In this document: positions 1-12,700 of the stretch, one piece after another
Layout of the letters: every line of letters starts with the position of its first letter
How positions within the stretch are numbered: the first letter of the stretch is position 1
Source of the DNA: Octopus sinensis
Taxonomy: Eukaryota
Length of the DNA: 64,000 nt
Direction of reading: 5' to 3'
NCBI RefSeq assembly: GCF_006345805.1
Contig: NC_043001.1
Coordinates: 45,694,001-45,758,000 of the forward strand
Notes under the pieces: model-generated
Database searches by the model: none
What the model was told of the DNA's origin: nothing
The model's input: only the letters and a program-made list of their open reading frames with translations
Position numbers and translations under genes: made by a program

Positions 1-505
1 CAGTGTTGCTCATGAACAATTTTCATTTCGAATGCTAATTAATTTCTTGAGTTTCAACAGGTTCAAGCTTAAATTTACTTTGTACCATCCAACTCGTATA
101 ATATACTGTCCTCACTTCTCAATAAAAAGGTTTGAATGAGACTGTTCCACATTTCCCTGTTGGTGAGGTTTCAATACCTTCAACCTGATACTGCTACTTT
201 TCTGGAACCTCCATTCCTCTTTCAAAGAAATGCAGACAACCTGAACAAACCCTGCTTCAGCATGTCCCTTCACCACCAGTGCCATAACTGAGCTTCCAGT
301 TCATATTTCCAACTATTTCAATTGTATTTCTTTTCTTTTGTACTGAATATTTACTTTGAAAAGATATTAACTTTGAAAAGATTCAACTTTTGTCATTTTT
401 GAATAAAACTTGCAACTAAAAGCAATTTCTCAAAGTGCTCTAGTAAATCAATTTCCAGTTAAAAAATTTAAAAAAGAGAAAGACTGATAGAATATTGTAT
501 GTTGA

Positions 506-511
506 TTTATT
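506..511 (-). promoter_or_regulatory. Candidate polyadenylation signal (AATAAA) of the RRM gene
   Basis: tttatt on +, about 220 nt after the stop; common hexamer in AT-rich DNA. Confidence 0.3.
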
Positions 512-728
512 TGAAGACAGTTATAAGGGAGGGATGGGCAAATAGCCACTAAAGGTTTACTTACAGTAAAATATCGAATAAGTTTTATCAGAAACTTTCA
601 ATGAAAGTCACTAGTCAAAAAAATAGTGTGAGAAGCTTGCTGTATACAAACAGCTGCTGAAGGACAATGATCAATGGATGAAATGTATAGATGGCCGTGT
701 GCTTCATTCATCTAAAATAGGAGTAACA

Positions 729-781
729 TTAATTGTAGCCTCCCCAGTAAGATCCACCCCAACCACCATAATCACTGCTGC
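729..781 (-). CDS. RRM gene terminal coding exon (GSSDYGGWGGSYWGGYN*)
   Basis: ttattttcag acceptor; G/Y/W-rich frame ending TAA at 729-731. Confidence 0.82.
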
Positions 782-3700
782 CTGAAAATAAAATTACAGA
801 AGGTAAAAAATATTAGGATATAGAAACCACAATACTATATATCCTGGTTTCATTACTGAACATAAAACACTTCATAATTAAAATTATATGCTGAAAACTA
901 TGTTAAATATATGAAAACTAAAGATTACTCTATAATATTCAAAACTAAAAATAGATAACATAAATGCTAATGAACATTACAGCAGTTATAAAATGGTTGT
1001 ATCAATATTTACAAAATATAAACCCAGTTACAAGAAAATAAGGATCTAAACAACTATTTATATTATACTTTTGAATTAGACATGAATAAGCAGTTCAAGA
1101 GGAAGTCATTTAACAGGTAAGTATACTTTAAAATTTCCATGTTAATTCAGTGTTAATTTAGCAGCAGCATGTATATTACATAAATTTAGTTGTAAACCCC
1201 AAGTTTTCATATCTGATATTCATATCCTACAGTTCAAGTTTAAAAAACTGTTCAACTCACCAAGTGTATTTTTACCAGCTAGTTCTGTTCTGTCTCCTCC
1301 GTTTGTTATCTGTTATAAAAGAAGATGAGATGGAAAGAGTTAAATATTCAGCAAGAAAAAGAGCCAAGAGAAACAAAACAATTAGTAAATAACTCGTTGA
1401 CAATTCTAAAATTGATTTTCATTTAAGTAGATTCTGTACAAAGAGCATACACAGAGATAAGTAGGGGAAGTGGTGAATATGTATCATTGACATATTTTGA
1501 GAATTTTATATATAATATATTTATATAAGGCAATAAAGTCATTCAAATTAAACTCAGTCTTGATAAAATATTTTAATAAGACTCAAGTTAAGGAAATCAA
1601 ATCAATCTTCAAAAGACGATTTCAATAACAAGGTCATTACATTTCAGTAAAAAAAAATAAACTGGCACAATATTTACAAAATTTATAGAAGCATCCATTG
1701 ACTCTCATACAATTTAACTTAAAGCTGCTTTCTTTAATATTTTAACCCTTTCGTTACCAACCCGGCCAAAACCGGCTCTGGCTCTGTAGTACAAAGGTCT
1801 TGTTTTCATAAGTTTTGAATAAAAATCTTCCAAACTTTAGTCACAATTTATGTTCCTTACACTAGCTGAATGATGACTAAGTTATTTTACTAAATTCTTT
1901 GTTATATTTAAAATAATTGAAAGAAACACAGAGCATCTCAAAATAAATACAGTAACGAAAGGGTTAAAAAACAATCAGCAAGTGACATTTTTATAATTTA
2001 ATCTTAAAAATGCCCAACAAAATTTTATGCTAATTTGAAACAATGAAAAATGTCATTTCTATATTTTATAATTTTGCTAGATGCCCTGCTTATATCTTTA
2101 ACCCTTTCGTTACTATATTTCTGACCAAAATACACCCCTCATGAGTTTCAATTAAATTATAAAATAATTATGAATTTAGGCTTGTTTCATTAAATAACTA
2201 ACTTTTTTTACTTAACATTTTAATGTGATATTTGGAACATAATTAAAGGAAGGGTTCTTAATTCTATTGCATAACTTTTGTCTCAAAGTGACTTTAATTA
2301 CAGGTAAATCCAGGTAAATTGAGCAAAAGGTAAAAATATTAAAATTTTAAATTGAGCAAAAGGTAAAAAATTAAAATTTTGTTTAAACATCACCATAGAA
2401 AATGAATCATCAGCTAATATTCAAATGGGTATGCAACAAAATTTTGATAAAGAAGAATTGTGCACATCACTATATCATCAGTTGAATTTAATGCACAACA
2501 GGTGTACCATAAAGGTGGAATAAACTGAAATATTGATTTTTAATGCAAAACTTATGAAGTTTGACCGAACTAAAGAAATCAGTCAAAAAATAATATACGG
2601 CCCTGGTTATGGAATGGAAGTGATAAATTCCAGACCACATCGTTCCCTAGGCCATGCTGACTAACATTATTTTCCCTGTATAAAAACTAAATCCACGCAG
2701 GACCCAGTATTTGCTTCACAAGTTTCCCAAACTTTGAACCCCGATTTTGGGTTTGTTTACAATCTGCGTAAGTTTGTTTCCGAAGTGATCACTTCAAACT
2801 AGCATACTGAAAAAAATAAAAGTCTAATGGTTTCACTTCCTAAGAAGTGCTATAGATAAACTTTATCTCCTCAGAAAAATTGCTAATAAAAACATTTTAA
2901 AAGTTTTTTTACTTCATTCCGATGTAAAATCGTCTTCGCTGTCGCCTTCGCCGCTTTGTTTCTTCGGAAGGCGCTGCTTTCATTTTCGGATAAAAAAATA
3001 TTCATTATTTTATACACCACGTGCTTTAGTACTTATTTCATTCTTTTTCTCGATATCTCCCTATTTTCCGTTGACAAAGCTTTAAATTCGGAATCAATGC
3101 TTGATAACATGAAACTCCTATCCATTTTCAAAGTTGAAGAAAAATCGATGCCGAAAAACATGTTGAAAAAAATCTCCCAAAATTCACTGAGTTGAGATAT
3201 CACTTCAAGCAATGTCGGATACTATAACTTTATTTACAATGTGAAATCACATGCTTTAACGAATGTACCAACGAGATTTGGGTTCAAATTTACATTTAAA
3301 TAACAATGGATTCTAACGGCCGGGTTGGTACTTTGAACCAAAAAATTTTTCGGCCGGCCACAGCCGGGTTAGTAACGAAAGGGTTAATCAACTAAGTTAT
3401 CAAAACAAGTATATTGCTTTGAAAATCGTTACATGAACATTTAAGTGAACCCAACAAAAGACTGAAAGGAAAAACAAAAACCCAAAATTTACAGAGACCC
3501 TCCCTCTTCACTCAATCCAATATGAGAAAATATATTTCAGTAAAATCACCGAAACAGAAATCCACTTGGAATCAATAATTACCATAGTTCATGCTGTCAT
3601 TTCCATAGCCTCTGTTACCAGACTGATAGCCATAGCTATTGCTCTGATCAAGTCCATGACCCCATGACTGGTTACCATACTGACCACCCATTTGGTTTGG

Positions 3701-6700
3701 ATTCAGTAATTGTTGACTGGAATAAAATTGTAATCAGAAAATTACCACTGAATAATGTTAACATATACAAATATACATTTTTATTATAAATAATTAGGAG
3801 TGAAATTACGATTTGTTTATAAACTAATTAGCCTATAAATTTCAATTTTGATAAAGATAACTATTTTGTAGTCTGATGTTGCAAACAGTTAAATTTGTTT
3901 CATTACAAAATGCTTTTCCATAAGGAAATATTTCCTGTGTTTTAATTAAGCACTAATTTACAGAACTATCTTTAAAAAAAGACCTTTTGTAATACTCACC
4001 CTAAAAGGCTAGTCAGACCTTTCAATAATTCACTGGTCTGAGAAAGTGCTGCAGTTACATTTTGGCTTCCTTGGGTCCTAATAATAAAAGAAATAACTTT
4101 ATACATATGCTCAGAAAAACTTTCATTTTTTTGGCAACAGAATCAAATATAACAGTTCAAACTTCACAAAATTGTCCAAATTATAACAACACTAACCAGT
4201 TGTTGTTACCACCATCGATCAAATGTCTTCGGTTACCGCGATCCATTCGTCCACCTTGTATAAATTGTCCAGGCTAAAATCATCACAAAGAAAAGTCATA
4301 AAATGAACCAAATAATCCTATATATCAACTAAATGCAATCAACAATTTGGAATTATTATAACTATAAAAATAATTGTCAAAGCCAAAGAACATTGTAGGT
4401 TTATGTTTGTACAGTTTGAAGTATTTTAGGAATTTTTCCCAACTTTATAGATTTTGTTACGCTTTCTCAGCCTAACTTCATATGAATAATTTCTAACTCA
4501 TTTCAAAGAATGAAATTATACTAAGAACAGAAATGTCAAATTATCTGGACGAGTGAATTTCCATACAACCCAAATCATTAGGTATGTAAATAACATGTCC
4601 AAATACATAAAAGACATGGATCTACAATTAGGTTGGAAAATGGCAAATTCGGAAAGAAAAATAAAAAAAACACTTACTCCTCTTCTACCTGGTCGGCGCT
4701 CAGGAGACCATCTCTGTTGCCTTTGTTGCACCTGCTGCAGTCTCTTGCCTGAAAAAGTAAATTTTTTAAAATTAGAACATTTATGTATGCACTAGTTACA
4801 TTAATAAATTATCTTATTGAATCCTAAACATTGAAATTTAGCATCATTTTAATAGGCTTTTAATATTGAATGATTACTACAGGAAAAACAAAAAGAACAG
4901 GAATTGTATTTTACACTGGTGAGAAAGAGACTGCATTCAATTCTTGAATAGAACAAAGTTTTGAAATGAGGAAAAACCTCACCATCTACAGGGTCTTACA
5001 TTGGATTTAAAACAAATCAACATTACAACTGCCATTGTCATGAGAAACTGACTAATTACAGTTATTTACACACAATCTATATGGTTGTCATCATTTTATG
5101 TCCATTATCTTTGCTGGCATGGATTGGACAGTTTGACCAGAGCTGGCAAGCTGGGGAACCTTAACTGCTTTTCAAAGATGATTGAGAAAGCTCTATTTGG
5201 ACTGAGCAGGATTTTAACCTGAAAATCCTATGACTGTCTTGGTTAGGGCATAGTATTGATTTCAAATTTTGGCACAAAGCCTGCAATTTCAGGGGATAGG
5301 GTAAGCCAATGATATCAAACCCCAATATCCAATTGGTAATTACTGAGAAAATTAGATCACTAAAATGCTTTGGTTTATTATATTTGTCTAGGGTTTGGCT
5401 AATGTGGACATTTGCATATTGGAATAAATGCTACTACTTATATGTATTGTGCCTAAGTAAACAGAGTTTTCTGTATCCTATCAAGAGGAACGCCACAATG
5501 ACTGTAGCAGTAATTGCATAGTTATTAACCCTTTCGTTACCAACCCGCCCAAAGCCACCCGTATTTACCTATTGGTATTTAAATGAGAATATCAGAGCAA
5601 ATCTCTTTAGTACATTTGTGAAAACACGTATTATACTTCGTAAACAGTTCAACTACAGTTTTGTACAATAATCGAAATGTAATTTTAATTCCGTGAATTT
5701 TGGGAGATTTTTTCCCGAAATTTGTTCCTATTGTGTTTTCAAAATTTGTAATTCTGACAAAAAATGGATACGAATTTCATTATATCAAGCAGCGAGTCAG
5801 AATTCGAAGGATTTTCTACTGAAGACCTTCATAAATCTAACTCTATGACTGAAAAAAAAGCATGAGGTATTTGATAATGAATCTGCTGTTTCATTTTCCG
5901 AAAGTGAAAACAGTGAATCCGACAGCGATAAAGAAAATGAATTGGCACCTGAATGGAGTGAAAATTTAAAAACTGTTTCTTTCGGTGATTTTTCTGAAGA
6001 AACTGGACCAAGCCACAGACTTTCCCAGGAGAGTAAAGCCTTAGACTACTTCATTTTACTTTTACGAATGAGCCTATTTGAAATCATTACGGTGGAAACG
6101 AACCGTTACGCTGAATGTAAACAAAGTGAAAAAAAGGATAGTTTGTGGTTTCCCACAACCTTATATGAAATTAAGACTATTTTGCCATAAATATTATTAT
6201 GGGTATCAGAAAGTTACCCAGAATAACAAATTCTATCGTAAAATTTTCTTGTATACCCTATTGAATATTAGCTAATGACCCATTTTCTATAGCGATGTTT
6301 GAACAAAATTTTAATAGTTTTATATTTTGTTGAATTTACCTGTATCTACTTGCAATTAAAGTCACTTTGTGACAAAAATTATAGTATAGAATTGGTTGAG
6401 AATATTTCATTAAATTATCTTCCAAAAATCAGATTAATATATTGATAAATAAAAAAGTTATAGTTGTTTAATGAAACCAGACTAAATTTATAATTACGTT
6501 AGAAATTAATTGAAACACATAAGGGGTGTATTTTGGTCAGAAATATAGTAACAAAAGGGTTAAAGTTAAGGTAATATTAAAATATTAAGGCATCTAGCTG
6601 GCAGAATCATTAGTACACTGAGCCAAATGCTTAGCAGTATTTCGTCTGGTTTTGTTCTGAGCTCAAATTCCGCCAAGGTCGACTTTGCCTTTCCTTTTGG

Positions 6701-9700
6701 GGTTGATTAAGTACCAATTACACACTGCGGGTTGATGTAATTGACTTAATCCTTTTGTCTGTCCTTTGTTCCCTCAATGTTTAGCCCCGGTGGGAGATAA
6801 AGAAATATTAAAATATATTAAAGTATTGTTACAACATACCTTTTTTAGACTGATTCTTACGCCGGTGTGAAAAATTGGCATAACGACCTTTCTGTTGATT
6901 GTTCTGGTATTTAGATTTCTTATCACCTGTTAAGAGAAAAAATTTGTTCAATTTCCAAGTTTTAAAACCACATTGAAGTCTCAACATTTTCAGCATCACT
7001 TTGCTTTCAAATCTATGAACAACCCCACCAAACAAATGAGTCACTATGAACAATGTCTTCCCAATACAATGCATACACCTCAGCCAAAAATAATCTTTCT
7101 ATAAGGATTGATTCCTATCTTTGGCAACTTGCTAAGTTATGCCTAATACCGCCACAAGATCATCTCTGATCCTGCAAAATTAATTATGGCTTCCATACAA
7201 CCCCAATTCTACAGGAGATTTGCTTGCTACCACTTCTAATACCTCTTTAGAGATATCATTTGTACATTAATCATGAATGAACTGTATAAATTTTGGATTT
7301 TAATACTACAAATGACTGAGCCAAAAAATTTAAAGTTCATTGTCAGCAATGTAGATACTGCCTAAAACATATCTTCTTGCAATAATTAAAATGCTTACCT
7401 TCTTTAGATGCATGAGAAATTAGATCAAAAGTTAATGTATTGTCTTTAATTTGCAGATCTTTATTCTCAGCAATGATATTTTCAGCATCTTGTCGATTAC
7501 GACACTCCACCATGGCATAACTAAATAGATAAAAAACAGGGGTGGGAAAAGAAAATAATTCCAAATTAATAAACAGAAAAAAAAAAAAGAACTTTAGAGA
7601 AGTTTGGTTAATATAAGCAACAAAATTAGACGACTATTCTTTAGTTGTTAATGGGGAAAATTGTAAAGAAAGTTCAGACACTGGACTAGCAACGTGAATA
7701 GTAACAATATAATTAAAGCAGCTGTAAATAAATGGCAGAACATTTCATGGTTGAATGGCTTGCAACTGTAAAATAATTTGGACAGAATTCATACCGATAC
7801 TCAGATTTACATAGAAATGACAATTGTTTTTCTAGAAGATGGAGGGGCATAAGTAGAATGCCTCACCTAATGTATTACAAGGATTTAAAGTTTAAATATA
7901 CTAATACCCAGGCTGATGAATTTGCATTAAAAACAACCTGCCACAATCATTTCTACTTAAAATAATTTTAGCTAAGGCACTAGATTCATTAAACTGAATG
8001 AAGTTGCTAAAAGATAAAAATACAAAAAGCCTATATTGTAAGATTGATTCTAACAAGATTAGACATTCTTTCTCTTTAAATTTGTTTCTTCATTTTTTAC
8101 ATTTGTATGTTAATTCTTTTAACATGTTTGTTGGAAAACACTACCTTTGTTTCAATTTAGAGAAACAACTTAAAATCTAAATCCACTGAAAAAGGTGCTT
8201 TTTCAAAAAGAGCAACAGTCTTTTTCTGGCAAGTCAAATGAGTGCATAAAAGCCGACGTGTTCGGAGTGAACCAAAAAGGGACCTCTGGTTTTTAGCTTG
8301 CTTGAAATAACACAATATCAAACTAAAATTCAGAAGACCTAAATTTTAGATATAGAGGGAGTTTAAAATTTCTTGATTCAGTTTAATTTACATTTATCTC
8401 ACAAGAAAAACTATGCTGTATGTTTTTAAAAAGCTAAACTAAATGAATTTAAAAAATATATTTACCTATTTCTATTGAAAATATATATGTATAGAACACT
8501 ATGCTTTGAGAAATTTCTAAGGCAATACAAAGCAAAACCATTAGGATGTTAAAATGGATTTTTGTGCAAATCTAAGTGTATGACATTAACAGGTGAAGTG
8601 TTTTACTTTACCCATAACTACTAAGCAGGAAACTTGCTTAAATGATACATGCCCTAAATACTGAACAGGAAAAAACAAGGCAGCAGTGGGAAGCAACAAA
8701 GCTAAGTACATTAAAGAAAGGATAGAAATAAATCTATGAAGTTTCTATTTCATCTATTGATTACACAATTTCCAAGTTTGAGTAGTTTAGAAAATCATTT
8801 TCTTTAAAGATTTCTATTTAATGGCATATATTATGTAAATTTAATATAATTAACCCATCAACATTTAAATTAGTTTTAAAATTTACTCAGCTTCCAGAAA
8901 AATTTTAATTAGGATTGTCATACATTCTTTTAAGTTTTTTTTTTTTCCTTCTTTGTCACTTAGGAAATATAACACTCCCCACAGATGAGTTGATATCTAA
9001 ATAGATTCCTATCAAATACAATTTTAATAGAATAAATTATGTGAACAATTTAAGAAACTATGGGGGCAAAAAAGTTTAACAAAAAAACAAAAAACCCTAA
9101 TATGAATCTAGTGTTCAGTATACAAATTTGCTTTTTCTTTTTTTATCCAAATCAATGAAACATTAAAAATATGCACTAAAATACAAAAATACACAGGAAA
9201 AAATAAAGGGTTCAACTTGAAGCAAAATTTGAGATGTGTTTTTGAGTATGCAGGTATGTGTTTTTGATTTTCCCTCCAGAAATTTTTATAGTGCCATTCA
9301 GAAAAATGGTGCAAGGATCAATAAAAGATCCTGACAAATATAAATCCTTAAAAGATGTGCAATAAGAAAACAACTTTAGTTAAGTGACAAAAGTCACAAA
9401 AATATCACAGCAGAATAATTGGCATCAGTAAATGGAAAACTGTACCAATGAAGAAAAGTAAATGCACAAGGTTGACAAATTACCCCTGATTCTGATCTTC
9501 CTCATTAAGTGGGATCACCACATTCCGGGCTGACGGGAATAATGCCTGAAGCTCCTCGACTGTGACTCCTTGTGGAATGTTGTTGACATAAAGGGAATAA
9601 TCTTCCTTGTTCCCTGAAATTGTCAGGTGCTTACGATTGGGAGACAGTCTTAACAGATCAATGAGGATGCATTAACAAAAACAGGCAAGATTTGTAACAA

Positions 9701-12700
9701 GTTTAATCATAGAAGTCACAAAAAATAGCTTCTTCAAATGACATCAAGTGTTATTAGTGGTATCAATAGCTACAAAACTGGAATCATTTAGCCAGCAGGT
9801 AAAATGGTTTCCCATGCTGTCAAACAGATTACTCCTTATTCTTCTGTACTAAAACCAAATATTTAATAGTACTTAAAATGCATTTACTAAAATGAAATGC
9901 AAAATATAAATGCTTGAATAAAAAAATTTCTAAATACCTAAATATGCATAAAAGCTTTCAATTTTATATTTTACACAAGCTAAGAAAATAGAAATGATTT
10001 AATTTAAAACCAGTTCTATATTTAAGTTTAAAATATTTTAATAAAATTGTCTAAATCCTTAATTGTAATGAATAAACTTTAAAAGTTTATTTTATTTAAA
10101 CTATAGTTTTTTTTTTCTTTTTTTTAATTTCCAGTTTTTGTTTAGGTTAAAAGATACCATCAATGTTTTAAAACATCAAAAAATGACCACACAAAAAAAA
10201 ATGCAAATAATATTTATAAGGAAAAAATGTAAAAATTACAAAAAAAATTTCAAATTAATCTGGGGATGCAATGAAGAATCGATTTTAAAACAAAGTTTGA
10301 ATCTTGAAATTTTTAAAAGTAAAATCAACTTCATAATTAGCCAAATCATTTGGCTTCATTTAAACAGGTTGACTATTTTAAATAGCTGTAAGATAAAATG
10401 ATTAAAATAATGCCAGCATCAAAACTAAGAGTAAAACCAAATTCCCTCCTATGTTCTAGTTATTTTAGTAACAATAAAGCTAAATAAAATCTAAACTCAA
10501 AAATAATCAATCCAAGACTATAGTACTTGAATTTCACACAACTGATTTACACTTTAATAACAACCCTCTCTCCCAAAGTATCCAGTCTTCTTTAAGGAAC
10601 ACCATTCCAGAAATAAGCAATTACTAAGATTAATGTTTTTTCTATTTCTAGTCCATAACTTTGTAATTCCATTTCATTTCTGTATACCAGGTTTAGTTTC
10701 CAGTAATCATACTCATTTTTGCAACCTACTAGCTACACTAATTCTAGAATGACACTAGATTTGACTTAGCTAAAGCCACAGAAATGACCAAAACCCCTGA
10801 AGATAGAGCTCACATTAAAGTATCATACAGTTAAACTAAATACAGATCTCTGAATGCTACAAAAGTAAACATACTCAGATTTTATAAACTATCAAACACC
10901 TACCTCTTCTTTCACCATCTTTTCCAGCTTTACCTAAGAAAGATATACACACATACATTTCAGAAATACAAAAATCCTAGCAACAGTCTAAACCTTTCCA
11001 CTTCCAGTTGTTTGATTACAAGTAGCAATACATTATCAACCCAGTATTGATGTAATGTAACTACAAAAGCAAAACAAAGGTTTGAAAATTCTCACAAGAA
11101 CAAAGTTTAAAAGTCATCTTTCATTTCAAACGAAAGAAAAATTACCTTCTTCAGCTGGATCCCGTACAAATGGTTTACCATTTATCTCTTTGGGCAGTTT
11201 ATTAAACACAGCTTCTGCTTCAGCTTCAGAAGCAAATTTCATTCGCATAAATCTACAAAGATAAGGATCTCTTATTTAAGCATCATCCATAAATATTGTG
11301 GGCAAAAATCAATTATTTCAGCCAAATACTTGACTAATGCCCTAATTTAATAACTCCGTAAAGTTGATGGTAAAATCTGAATTCAGAAATGCAGGTCTAA
11401 TTATCTAGTTTAAACCACTAATTAACCCATTCGTTCCTGTAAAATGGTTGAGTAGGAAGAACATCCAGTATAAGAACCACACACAAAAGTATGCCTGTTG
11501 AAGCCATGCCAACATAAGAAAACACAAAATTAAAATGACAAAATTCCGTCTTCAAAATAACTTTCTTAAATAAACATGTTCAGTCCAGTCTTTAAAAGCT
11601 ATACTTCAAATCTTTAGTATCACCTACTTTATACACACATTTAACAGCTAATATTTTTATATCTACCAATACAATACTACCAATTTACCCATTATACATA
11701 GTGCTAACTTCTGGCAAGACCTGCAACAGAGCACATCCTCCTGTATTGTGTTGACATATCAGAATTGCTTGACAAATTTCCCATAGATCCAACCAACCTT
11801 TTTTACCACATGTCCAGCACTCATATCAATGGAAGTCTCCTAAATAAGCATGATGACCAGCCAATCGTTGTCTTAGATAAAAGAGCTCAAAGCTCTAATT
11901 ACTGATCCCTGTCTCAACAGATTTTTAGTTTCTTCAACAATTGCAATGTTGACTTGTTGTTCCTGTCTCCAAACACTGCTTAAAATTTAGTAACTATTCT
12001 CTTGCAACATACCTATAATCTTTCTGGACACCAACTGCTCAGGTAGTATCTCAGGCCATCTAGCTCTTAAAATCCTGACCACTTTATGTTGAGTGGTATA
12101 TTCTTTAGCAATGAAGAAAAGTATTCACAGCCAGTTGTCTATACTACATACACCTGGCTTGCAGGTTTTTTTTTTTTTTGAGCAGTTAGCTCTAATTAAC
12201 TGGAGTTAATTTTGCAAATATGGCTCTAACAAGTCATTATGGAGCTAATACTTCTGCTCATTTGTCAATCCTGTTACGTTGAAATTAATACTCATCACAT
12301 TACCAATACCATATACACATACCCTTTCCGATTTCCAGATTCTTCTTTTATGTAACGGATAGTCAAACATGTAGTATCATCCCAAAATTGTGATAGCTCA
12401 GACACTGCAATTTTTATATCTTCTAACTGCAACCGGGATATGGTGAACATATTAGGATATGGTCTTCCTAAAAATGGAATGAAAAGTTCACATTAAAAGT
12501 TGATTACATCCATTAAACATAAATGGTATTAAAAAACAAAAACCTTACTCACTCAAATTCAAAGTGTTTTCATCTTCCTCTTCAGTTTTAGCTTTATCGC
12601 CATCTGCTTTATCTGAAAGAGCAATTTTTCAAATGTAAAATTATTATTATTATTAATAGGTTTAAAGCTATTTTATCTCATGGTTCTGAACCTACTTGAA

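Noticed and set aside
1080-1116. Plus-strand exon-like segments with strong donors (1080-1116, 43009-43050, 49548-49608)
   Set aside because: Isolated, no recognisable protein or consistent chain; such sites are expected by chance in 64 kb of AT-rich DNA
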